Source: Octopus vulgaris
Taxonomy: Eukaryota
Assembly: GCA_951406725.2 (NCBI GenBank)
Contig: OX597817.1
Span: 53,754,001-53,818,000, forward strand
Length of the DNA: 64,000 bases
Direction: 5' to 3'
How positions within the stretch are numbered: position 1 is the first letter of the stretch; every line of letters starts with the position of its first letter. The position numbers and the translations under genes are program-made. Positions 13,329 through 26,018 of this stretch are shown piece after piece. The notes below the pieces were generated by a model. It saw nothing but the letters and a program-made list of their open reading frames with translations. It was not told the origin of the DNA and made no database searches.

Positions 13329-16300
13329 AGCCCGCCCCCCACACACGTAGACATGTATCACTTTTACTCTTTTACTTGTTTCATTCATTTGACTTCGGCC
13401 ATGTTGGAGCACCGCCTTTAGTCGAGCAAATCGACTCCGAAACTTATTCTTTGTATGCCTAGTACTTATTCTGTCGGTTGCTTTTGCTGAACCGCTAAGT
13501 TATGGGAACGTAAGCACACCAGTATCGGTTGTCAAGCAATGGTGGGAGGGCAAGCACAGACACACAAATACATACATATACATATATAGGACACACAGAT
13601 ACACACACACGTATATATACATATATACGACGGGCTTCTTTCAGTTTCAGTCTACCAAATCCACTCATAAGGCTTTGGTCGGCTCGAGGCTATAGTAGAC
13701 GACACTTGCCCAAGGTACTACGCCGTGGGACTGAACCCGGAACCATGTTGTTGGGTGCACAATAAACTGCGGAAATCAGAACGATGACTTGCATATTCAG
13801 TCTTTACACGTTGGGGCTAATTCGAACGTGAATACGACAATCGCTGTTGTAGTTCAGCTGACCTGTGATCAGAAGTATTCTGGTCGTGATCACTCCGTTT
13901 TCACAATTAATATTCGTAGCCACTTTAACATGGCTGTCCATTCGAGCAGACTCTCCTGCGATTTTTTAATCCCAAGAGGACTTCTCCTTTAGCTGGCTAA
14001 CGATACACAGCTGTATCCGATGAAATTGCGAGCAGGGGAGCGAACCCCTACCATCTCCTAGCGACAAGACCAGTAAACCAGTCCTGGTTTCGGGCTATTT
14101 CTGTCACTTCTTAGGACTGGACACCTCGTGGTTTGCTGTAACACTTTCGAATCCATAATAAACGTATTGTAGAACAATCAGGATAGTAAATGGCTATTGT
14201 AACACCTTGTGGTTCGTTTGTATTAAGTAATATTCAGAAAATTCTGCCGTGTCCCAATAGATTTCTTTTCTTACTTAATATCACATTTCTAATGATTCTC
14301 CGACAACAGGAATTTTGTTGTCTCCGACTGAAGGCCGTCCTGTTGAATGGTTTCTACGTAGATTACATTCAAACTCTGTTACGGTACATAAAAACGCATT
14401 ATTATATAAGTCCACCATTGTCCTCGTAATCTTCACAAAGCTGCTACGAGAAAAGAGGTAACAGTTCTAATAATACGCCACGACAATGTACAAAATTGTA
14501 TTCAAACTTTGTATTCATTCACATCTTAAACGTAACAGTACTTACTGAGTTACGTTCTTTGGTTAGTGATTAAATATATGTGCCGAGGCCATGCTGGAGC
14601 ATCTATCTATCGATTTAGTTTACTGTACCGTTAAGGTAAGATCGAGAAACAAGGTACTCAATCTAGTGAGAAACAAATATTTCATGTGCACAGTTCCAGG
14701 ATACGAACTACTAATAGTTTAGTTCTATATTTGAGAGATGACGAATTATGTACATTATTTACATTTGACGGATATTTGTTCCCATCTTTGTTGTTAACAC
14801 GTTTCGGCTGATATACCCTCCATCGAAAAATACCTTAGGAATGAGAACCCAGGTTCGAAATTTCCCCAAGGCACATGATGAAGGCTGGAGTGTACATCAG
14901 CCGGAACGTTGTGTTAACAACAAAGATGAGGACAAATATCCGTCAAATGTAAATAATGTAAATAATGTACTAATATTTTCTTGTGAAAATACGTGTCTAG
15001 ACAGGTTTTTATCCCATCACGCCCTGTGTCTCTTTTTCTGAACAGCTATGTTGCGGGGATGTAAACATACCTACACAGGTTGTCAAGTAGTGGTGGTAGA
15101 CAAACACACACACTCACACAGGATTCTTTCAGTTTCCGTCCAACAAATCCACTCATAAGACTTTTGTCGGTTCGAGTCTATAGTAGAATGCAGTTAAATT
15201 ATTAATCAATATCATCGCCATGTTCTAACTCGACGAGCTAGCAAAATGGGCAAAATGCATACCGACATTTCGTCCGTATTTACGTTGTGAGTTCAAATTC
15301 CACCGAGGTCGACTTTACCTTTCATCCTTTTGGGGTCGATAAAATAAGTACCAGGTGAGCTTTGCGTACCAGTGCATAACTGGTACTTAATTTATCGACC
15401 CCGAAAGGATGAAAGGCAAAGTCGACCTCGGCGGAATTTGAACTCGGAACGTAACGACAGACGAAATCCCTATTTCTTTACTACCAGAAGGGGCTAAACA
15501 CAGAGAGGACAAACAAGGACAGACAAAGGATTAAGTCGATTACATTGACCCCAGTGCGTAACTGGTACTTAATTTATCGACCCCGAAAGGATGAAAGGCA
15601 AAGTCGACCTCGGCAGAATTTGAACTCAGAACGTAACGGCAGACGAAATACGGCTACGCATTTCGCCCGGCGTGCTAACGTTTCTGCCAGCTCGCCGCCT
15701 TATTGCTAAGTCATATATAAGCCATCAAAGCAGCTAAAATTCTTTCTAGAATTTTCGAAGTCATTCACACGAGATAAAATCTGGGTCATGCATGACGTCA
15801 TTGTGTCGTTCGTAATTCAGAACGAGGCTGACTTAATTAAAGATGGCTTCTTAATATCGACACTAGAATTTAATATATGACACAATGGGGCGTCGAGAAG
15901 ATATTGATTTTACACAACTCTGGTCTGATTATAAGGGACGAAATATGGGGAACACCCTGTTCATTAAGTTCTTTCATTAGTTTATTCGGAAATAACAAGT
16001 CTACAAGTCATAGAAAAAAATGTCATTATGTCTAGATTTGTGCAAAGTTGTGTGCGTGTGTGTTAGATGACTCGATTAAGAAGAAATAGCAGCTAAATCT
16101 ACGTCAAATCACAGATTACTCTCTTAATAAGATGTCTAGTTTGATAGTGTAGTCGTCGACACACTGTGTATGGTAAAAAGAAAAATGTTGGTGCTGGAAT
16201 GCTTTGGTGATTGGTATTGTGGAATAGAAAGGCGACGAGCTGGCAGAAACGTTAGCACGCCGGACGAAGTGCGTAGCCGTATTTGGTCTGCCGTTACGTT

Positions 16301-16699
16301 CTGAGTTCAAATTCCTTCGAGGTCGACTTTGCCTTTTATCCTTTCGGGGTCGATAAATTAAGTACCAGTTACGCACTGGGGTCGGTGTAATCGGCTTAAT
16401 CCGTTTGTCTGTCTTTGTTTGTCCCCTCTGTGTTTAGCCCCTTGTGGGTAGTAAAGAAATAAGTATTGTGGAATAGAATTGACATCAGGTTATACAACAG
16501 CAGCAGTAACAAGAGCAGCAGCAGTAGCAGCAGCAACAACAACAACAGCTATTCATCAACTCAGTTGGTAAAGAGTTATTCTTGTTTAGGGTTGGGGTTT
16601 GTGGTCAGAGTTAACAGCGTTTCATCACACACACGCGCGCGCGCGCGCACATGCACACATACGCACACACTCACGCATACACACATGTATGGATACATA

Positions 16700-16750
<51 letters not shown>

Positions 16751-19700
16751 GATAATAATTTGAGGGAATGTTATTCCAAACTTGCAGGGAAAAATTCAGT
16801 TTAGAAATACTAAATCAAGTTTCACAAAATATAATATATATATAATTAGAAATTTATATATTATTTTTTATCTTATATTTAATATTTCTATTATATGTAA
16901 TTTTCTAGATGGTGTAATTTAATTTTTCATTTTGAATTGATAAAAGGTGGGTTTTTTCTCTAATTTATATATATATATGTATGTATATATTAGAGGAAAA
17001 AGGCCCAAAACACCAAGACAGGACGAGTATCTCAAATCATTTAGAATATAAAATTAGAGTATGGTGAATCTGAGGTAATTAACCAATTAGTTAATTAATC
17101 AATTAATTAATTATTGGATGTCTTACAGCTGTTTCTGCGATATTCCAAATGATAGGTTAGCATCGTCATACACTGGATATTCCGTCATTAGAGACAGGGT
17201 GAGTATGTATGAAAGTTCTAGGCAGGGAATTCATAGTTTACAAAGCAATAAAATAGTAGATAGAAGAAGAGTAAAGCAGTTGATAGAAGAATAACGAGTA
17301 AAGAATAAAGAGATTAATAGAATAAAGAGTAAAGAATAAAGAGATAGAAGAATAAAGAGTAAAGAGATAGAAGAATAAAGAGTAAAGAGAAAGGAGAATA
17401 AAGAGTAAAGAGAAAGGAGAATAAAGAGTAAAGCAGTCGAAAGAAGAACACAGAGAGGAGAATAAAGTTCACAGCTCATCTTTTTCCAGAGGGTATGGAC
17501 GTTGGTCCGTACTTCCGTGAAGGTACAAGTCCTTAAGTATAATCACAGGTAAATCCAGGTAATATTTTGGAAGAATTTTGACTGTTGGGTTCATGTTGAA
17601 GGAATAAATCAATTGATCTATTCTTTCAACATTTAATCTCCGACATTTGATCTTCAACACTTGATCTATTCTTTCAACATGAATGCAACATTCAAAATAC
17701 TTCCAAAATACTGCTGAAGGGACCCCAGCTATTCTGTTATTTTCCTGACAACCTCTGTTACTCCTAATTGATTAAAGGTATATGTATCAAAGGACCCCAG
17801 CCATTTTTACGGATGGGTTTGTATCAAGAAGGAACCATCGATGTACAACACATCTGGCTGTTTTATCTTCGAGTCGAAAATCTTTGCTTTGACTGACCGG
17901 CCTCTTCTATATTTCATTCTGTGTATGCTTTAAGGGTGACCTTTAAAGATACTTAAAGGGTGATCTCCTCTATAAAATAATTCTTTTAAGACCGCTGAAG
18001 CTTTCTCGCACGACAGCAGAAGCGAAGTATATATAATAATGCGGTCAACGGTGTGTATAACCAAATTTCCTGGAGCCAAAATTGAGAAGTGTATAGGCGT
18101 AGAAAACCTGAGTTTCCTGTCTGCATCTATTTTAATCCTTAAGGTCGGCTGAAGCTTATTGACACAACATGCTTTTTTCCGCTGAGGACGAGTGTAGCCT
18201 ATTGACACACTGCTAAATTGTGAAGAAGACGGGTGTATATAAGCCACATTTGCGTTATAAACTGATTATCATCCATTTCCCCCCATATTTTTTGCGTCTT
18301 ACACGAAAAGACTTGCTATTTATACCCGGCCTTAAAGCGTTAAAGGCATAATAACGATACAAAAGTACAACTAACCATCAGGAACCTACACCATATACCC
18401 TATCCTGTCTTGTATTTTGTCAACACCTTATCCAGGTATATAAACATTAATTCTTTTATATAATAATGCGGAAAGATTACGAAAGAGTTAATTTATTTTC
18501 CCACTGACTCAATTAAAATTCAAAGCTATCAAACGATTTCGGAATAGTTTAATATTTAATGGTGCTACCTGTTAATTTAGTGGCGTGAATGTATAATTAA
18601 TGAATATCGAACAGATATCTCTTTCTTGTGTATAACACATAAATATTTCGTTGCATCTAAACTCGTGTAAAGTTTAGCTCTAATGTCTAATCGTGAGAAT
18701 TTTGTTGGTGAGTTAAATACTATAAGATATTGATGAAAACTGAAAGTAAAACAACAACAAGAGCAATAATTTGCTGAACATGAAATATTTATAGAATCAA
18801 AATGTCGCATATATAGAGTTACTTCAAAAATTTACTTAATTGTCTCAACTTATTGGCACGTGTTGATGTTTATACTCGGTGTCTTTCATGTTAGTGACGC
18901 TCCAGTATTTTCATGCTTACGTTATCCCATATTTTTAGGAATAACATTGTTCTGCTTCCCAAATACTGTCACATTTTGATGCTAACGATGTCCCATATAC
19001 TAATACTTCCTTATATTGGTTTCAAATTTTTGCACAAGGCCAGCAACCGCAGCGAAGTGGGTAAGTCGATTACATCGACCTCAGTACACAACTGGTACTT
19101 ATTCTATCGACCCCCGAGATTATGAGAAGCAAAGTGTTAATTCATTGTAAAAACAAGGCGGCGAGCTTGGCAGAAACGTTAGCACGCCGGGCGAAATTTT
19201 GCTGTTTTTTTTTGTTTTTTTTTGCATCAGCCAATATTCCATTGTTATGAAACGAATTCGAATCCCTCCGTGACAGCTGAAACCGTTTTTTCGCTACAAC
19301 TAAAAAAAACAAAAACAATTGCAGTGTGGAAGGTGTTTATAAGCCATTTAAGAAACACACAAAAACCGTTAGATTCATTTCAACATTTAAATTTAATTTG
19401 TCAAAATATTTTCGTCGCTTTGAGACCGCGACCTGTTCACTGACAAATTTCTGTGCTGCGTCAAAATTTTGATGCAGCACAGAATTTTGTCAGTGAACAG
19501 GTCGCGGTGGTGGTGGTGGTGGTAGCGCTGGTGGACACAAACACACATAATGGGCTTCTTTCAGTTTCCGCCTACCGAATCCACTTACAAGGCTTTGGTC
19601 AAACCGAGGCTATAGTAGAAGACACTTGCCCAAGTTGTCACAGAGTTGTATCGAACCCGGAATCATGTGGATGGCAAGCAAACGTCTTACCGCTCAACCA

Positions 19701-22700
19701 TTCCTGCGTTGCCTTTCATTCTTTCGGGGGTCGATAAATAAAGTACCAGTTTCGCACTGGGGTCGATGTAATCGACTTAATCCCTTTGTCTGTCCTTGCT
19801 TGTCCTCTCTATGTTTAGCCCCTTGTGGGTAGTAAAGAAATATATTTATAATTCTCGTCTCATTTCGGTGGAATTCAATATTTTTGTTATTTCTTTTTTT
19901 CTTCTCTTTTCTTGCATTCTTTCAGTGGAATGATTCGAAGCGAGGTATTACAAGTGGGTTTGTGGTTTCTGGTTTCGCCGCTGGGGCATTCATCCTCAAC
20001 CAAGCTATAACTGCCATTCTGAACCCAAACAACGACTCTCCTACATTAGAGAGTAGCAGTGGAGAAAGGTAAGGCAACTCAGTTTTATTTATTTTTTAAT
20101 GGAGTCATATATTATGATGGAGTCATATAATTATTGCAGCTTTTTTTCAATAAATTTTATTCAACACAAAATTTAAACAAAACGCCAAACAGAAATTGAA
20201 GTAGATGGTGAATATGCTACGGAACAATCATTTGAAGATGTTTTTGTTTGTCTGTGCATGTGTATGAATGTATGTACTTATATATATGTATTATATATAT
20301 GTATTATATATGTGTGTATATCTTATATGTACATATGTGTATGTGAGTGTGTGTGTGTGTGTAAGTTTATATTAACCGATTCCTGTATTTTTTTATTTAG
20401 ATATTTCCAGCAGACCGATATCCTCGACCGTGTACCGGCCATCTTTTGGATGTTGGGCTCCGTTTATGCTTCCATGCAGCTGATCGGGGTTTTGCTGTTA
20501 AAAAGACCGAAACTTAAAAAAAAGGTCAGTTCCTTTATTAGAAGAAACGTACAAGAATTCTTAAATTTCAAATATAACCTCTTCGCCTTTCTACCTCCCC
20601 TCTCTTTCTCTTTCCCTCCTCTACCTCTCCCTCTCTTCTCTCTCACTCCCCTCTCTCCCACCCCTCTCTAAATTCCTATCTCTCCTCTCCCCCCTCTCCC
20701 TTACCCTCTCTCTCCCCCCTCCCTTCCCCCTTCTCCCCTATCTCTCTCCCCCTCTGTCCTCTCTCACCTCTCTCCCTCCTATCCCCTCTTTCCCTTCTCT
20801 CCCTCCTCTCCCTCTCTCCCCTCTCGCTGTCCTTCCTCTCCCTTCCTCCCTCTGGATGCAAATGTGTCTATGACTATGTAGTTAGGAGATGTTTTGGCAC
20901 AGCCGTTTTGGCGCTGCTTACTTGGCACCGCCTATTTGGCGTCACTGATTCATCACTGACTTATTTGACGTCAGACGTTTGAATGTTTCCCTCATTCTTT
21001 CCTTCCCTCTTTCTTTTTATCTTTCTCTGTGTCTATGTGTGTGTGAGCATCTAGTTATGCTTGTGCGTACGAAGAGAGAGAAAGTGTTTATGCTAATCAT
21101 TTTAAATTAATAAATCGTAATCTCTCTCTACGTCATGGCGTTGATCTGGCAGAACCGTTACCACACGCCGGACAAAATACTTCTTTCTCTTTTATTTCTC
21201 ATTTACTTGTTTCGGTCATTTGACTGCGGCCATGCTGGAACACCGCCTTTAGTCGAGCAAATCGACCCCAGGACTTATTCTTTGGAAGCCTAGTACTTAT
21301 TCTATCGATCCTTTTGCTGTACCGCTAAGTTACGAGGACGTAAACACACCAGCATCGGTTGTCAAGCGATGTTGGGAGTACAAACACAGACACACAAACA
21401 TATACACACACATACATATATACATATATACGACCGGCTTCTTTCAGTTTCCTTCAACCACATTCACAGACAAGGCTTTGGTCGGCCCGAGGCTATAGTA
21501 GAATACACTTGCCCAAGGTGCCACGCAGTGGGAATGAACCCAGAACCATGAGGTTTGTAAACAAGCTACTTACCACACAGCCACTCCTGCGCCTACTTAG
21601 CGACATTCCGTCTGTCTTTATGTGTATTGGTTAGGCAAACGTTGAAGAATGTCACAGATAGACGACTGAAATCAATAAACTTTCTTAAATTGATGAAGTA
21701 ATTAAAGACATCAATTTTTGTTTAATAAGAATTAATCAGAAGAGAACGGGTGACATTGATAACCATTTTAAGGGACTCTTGACTGTCGGGAGGAAAGAAG
21801 GAAGATATATTTAGACAGAAAGCCTTTTACGATTATTTGTAATTGAATGGAATCCATTCAAAGTAACCAATGTTTCTCTAGCACCCAATAATAGAAACGG
21901 TTCCTGATAGATTACCGAGCAGGTACTCATTCAAAAGAAGAGGAAACAAATGTTTAAGGTGATGTACTGTGAGACTGGTGGAGGCACATGGCCTAGTGGC
22001 TAGAGCAGCGGACTCGCAGTTGAGGGATCGCGGGTTCGAATCTCAAACCGGACGATGTGTGTGTTTATGAGCGGAATACCTAAGTTCCATGCGGCCCCGG
22101 CAGAAGGTAACGGCGAACTTCTGCTAACTCTTTCGCCACAACTTTCTCTCACTCTTTCCTCCTGCATCTTGCAGCTCACCTGCGACGGACCGGCGTCCCA
22201 TCCGGGTGGGGAACCTATACGCCAAGGAAACCGGGAACCCGGCCCTTATGAGCCAGGCGTGGATCGAGAAGAAACAAACAAAACAAACAAACAGTGAGAC
22301 TAAATCCAGAGTAATGTTGCAAAGCGAACAATTTAACCACACACATTTCTGCAATAGCTATTGTCCCAATTTCAGTAACTAGTTGTCAAAATATCGAATC
22401 GTATCAAAGTCCTGCATCCTCTGCCATTATTTCGGCAGTCGTACAAGTAATACAACAGAATTCACTGTCAATACTACACAATATTGTGATTGTATTTTGT
22501 TAAACAAAACAAAGGACAATAGAAGAGCATTTGCTTAACATGCGTGGGGGGCACGGCTTGCCGAATGGACAGGGTACTGTAATAAGACAACGGAAAAACG
22601 CTAGTTAGGTCTCCCGTTTCTTCTTTTCTCTCTTTCCATGTATGTATGTATGTATGTATGTATGTATGTATGTATGTATGTATGTATGTATGTATGTATG

Positions 22701-23042
22701 TATGCGTGTATGTATGTCTGTATGTCTGTATGTATGTATGTATGTGTGTGTGTATGTATGTATGTATGTATGTATGTATGTATGTATGTATGTATGTATG
22801 TATTTCAGGGTTTATAAAATTGTGTATAGATAAATATATTAGTCCATTCAATTCTAACATGGCTTGATTTTCAAACTTCGTTTTCGTAAATTTTGCTATT
22901 TTACTATATCAAATATTACATTGTAAGGCGGCGAGCAGGCAGAATCGTTATCACGCCGAGCAAAATGCTTAGCGGCATTTCGTCCGTTTTTACGCTCTGA
23001 TTTAAAATTTCACCGAGGTGGACTTTACCTTTCATCCTTTAG

Positions 23043-23097
<55 letters not shown>

Positions 23098-23516
23098 TAG
23101 GAATGGTATTATTAAAATACCATCACGTGTGGTAAGCGAATTATCAGCCGTACAGACAAATTAATAAAATATATACATACAATTTTAGATAAGTACAAAT
23201 ATACACAAGGGTACTACATGAATACCTATATCGCTAATGATAGAAATCAAAAACTACTTCTGTACCACCGAATAGTCACAAATGTATTACAGACATGATG
23301 GGAAAAAATATCAGTGAACAATAATAATGTCTTACCTCAAATGGGTCAGAACAAGTAAATGCTGGTCAACCTGGTACCAGTTTCGAAATTTAGCGCCAAA
23401 TAGGTGCCTGATTTCTCATCAGCCAAAGTCCGCCAACTAAATTACTACTAACATTCTCCCCCATATATCTATATATATCTATATATATATATATATATAT
23501 ACATATATATATTCCT

Positions 23517-23603
<87 letters not shown>

Positions 23604-23986
23604 CTTTATATTTTAGTTAACAAGGATACCGTTGGTTTCGTGCTGAAAATTCTCAGCAATTATCAGATTTGCCACATAGAACGTAGTTACTCATCTCCAT
23701 CTTGCATGCGAATACAACGAAGCTACATGATATTATTCCAAAATCCCGCACAGTCTCGTGTAAATTTGCTGCATTTTAATCCAAGACGGAGACGAGTTCT
23801 AATTCCCATGTGTCAGTCCTGATAGTTTCTGACAATTCCAGGCATGAAACCAATGGTAGCCTTGTTAACCCACAAATAAAGAATATTTATCCACCAATGC
23901 GGCGTTGAAAACTCGTTCGCACTGTTCAACATTACCGTATGTATATATATATATATATATATAGACAAATTGATAGATAGATAGAT

Positions 23987-24057
<71 letters not shown>

Positions 24058-25431
24058 CAGACATCTATGTTCGCAACATGTTACTCATATATTTATTCAT
24101 TTATTTGTTCAGGAACAAATTATCACAGTGAGTATGACAGTTTCACTGGCGGAACGTCAAAGTCATCTTCAACGGAAGCAAAGGGCGTCGAGTCGTCTGG
24201 AGGCAATCAACGCCATGAATAAGCTGGATGATAGCATCGAGAGGAGAGTGTCAGAGTTAAGTGTTGCTAATTCCGATGGATCCTATGAAGTGCTGCCAGC
24301 TACGACGATCAACATTTCGAAAGAAGGAACTTACGAAAACGTTTCGTCTTCTCGACGAAATTCTCTCGATTCAGACGACGACAACAATTACAACACGGTC
24401 CACTCTACATATTCCACGACCACCATAGTTCCGTATGAGTTGCAGTCGGAACATGACAACCCGTCGTTCGTTCCCGACTACGAGGTGGACTGCAGCATGG
24501 CGGATTTGGATGGTAATAAACGTGGCGTGGGTGATGGCGGCGATAATTCTGATGACGATGATTTTAATGACGGTGGAACTTTCGGAAACCTACGATCATC
24601 GCCGACTATTTCTAGGAAGCCGAAGAAGAAGAAATCTGTTTGTATCAACGAAGCGTCTGATGAGAATAATCCTGAAACGACATCAGTTACTACTGAGAAT
24701 ATTAACACTAGCAACTCCATTACAACGCATGATACTTTAGCAAATAATATTAATACTAATACAACAGAGACTGATGGTGACCCCATCGATATGGTGCCAA
24801 TGGGCAAAAAACGACGCTTCAGCGGTGTTGCTGAAAAAGACATTGAAACAATGAGCTCCGGTGTTGCACCTCATAAAGTCCACTTTGATATTTCGGCCGA
24901 CCAAAGACGGAGACCCTCAACAGCCGAGAGGTTGGTGCTGGAATTCAGAAGGCTCAGTCGACGACTAAGTGTTCCGGAATTTGTTTTCAGAAATATTTTC
25001 GGAAAGTGAGTAATTCTTCTTTCTCTTTAAAAAGTATCTAGCTAATGTCGTAATTTTTGCTGCTGCTGCTACTGCTTCTGTTGATCTTCTTGTCAGTCTC
25101 TTCCTCTTCTTTTATTTTCCTCCTCCTCTTCTTCTTCTTCTTCTTCTTCTTCTTCTTCTTCTTCTTCTTCTTCTTCTTCTTCTTCTTCTTCTTCTTCTTC
25201 TTCTTCTTCTTCTTCTTCTTCTTCTTCTTCTCGTCCTCCTCCTGCTTGACGACGATCAATACGTCCAGACACTAGAAGCTTGATCGTGGGAACACTGCAT
25301 TTAAATGCTCTAAAAGCCAGTACAAACCAATGTGAAAATTGATGAAATGCTATTCTACTAGATATTGAAACGCTCGTAACCTTTAACATATCCATGTAAT
25401 ACCATCATCTTCATTCTTTTGTTTGTTTACC

Positions 25432-25512
<81 letters not shown>

Positions 25513-25965
25513 TGCATGTATATGTACATATACATACACATACACACAAACACACACACACGTGTTTTTATTGTTATCATACAATAGATAGATTACAGTA
25601 TCGTTTTTATTTATTAAAAGTGACCTTGGCATGATAGTGTTTAGTATTGCGTTGAAACAGTCGCAATAAAGTTATGTAAATAAGTATGCAGTTACAAATT
25701 TAAATAAGCTTGGGGAACAAATGCAATCATTAATGGCTGAAAATACTAAGATAAACACCTCATTGAGAAGTCACCTGCTAAAATGAAACCTATGGTCTAG
25801 AAAGAAAACAATCTGTTTTCCAAAGAAAATATTACCTTGATGGCAAGGTCGTCCTCGTCGTGTTTGTTGCTGTTGCAGTTGTAACAATTAGAATTCAACT
25901 TTTTCAGAACACAAACGTGTCCAGTTCTGACACACGCTTTCTGAATCAAAACCCTGATCAAACAT

Positions 25966-26018
<53 letters not shown>

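Noticed and set aside
14079-14121. Hammerhead-like look (ccagtc..GAAAC..gactgg) on the minus strand
   Set aside because: Core lacks G5 and there is no UH site; too degenerate to support.
17469-18300. Possible Penelope RT/GIY-YIG coding remnant next to the 17119 motif
   Set aside because: No recognisable RT or GIY-YIG motifs in the frames I read.
24128-24133. Internal GTGAGT donor 15 nt into the large exon (short-loop isoform)
   Set aside because: A phase 0 donor joined to the phase 2 acceptor at 29562 would frameshift.
24128-25009. 293-aa ORF as a standalone gene
   Set aside because: Flanking splice sites and phases place it inside the MFS gene.
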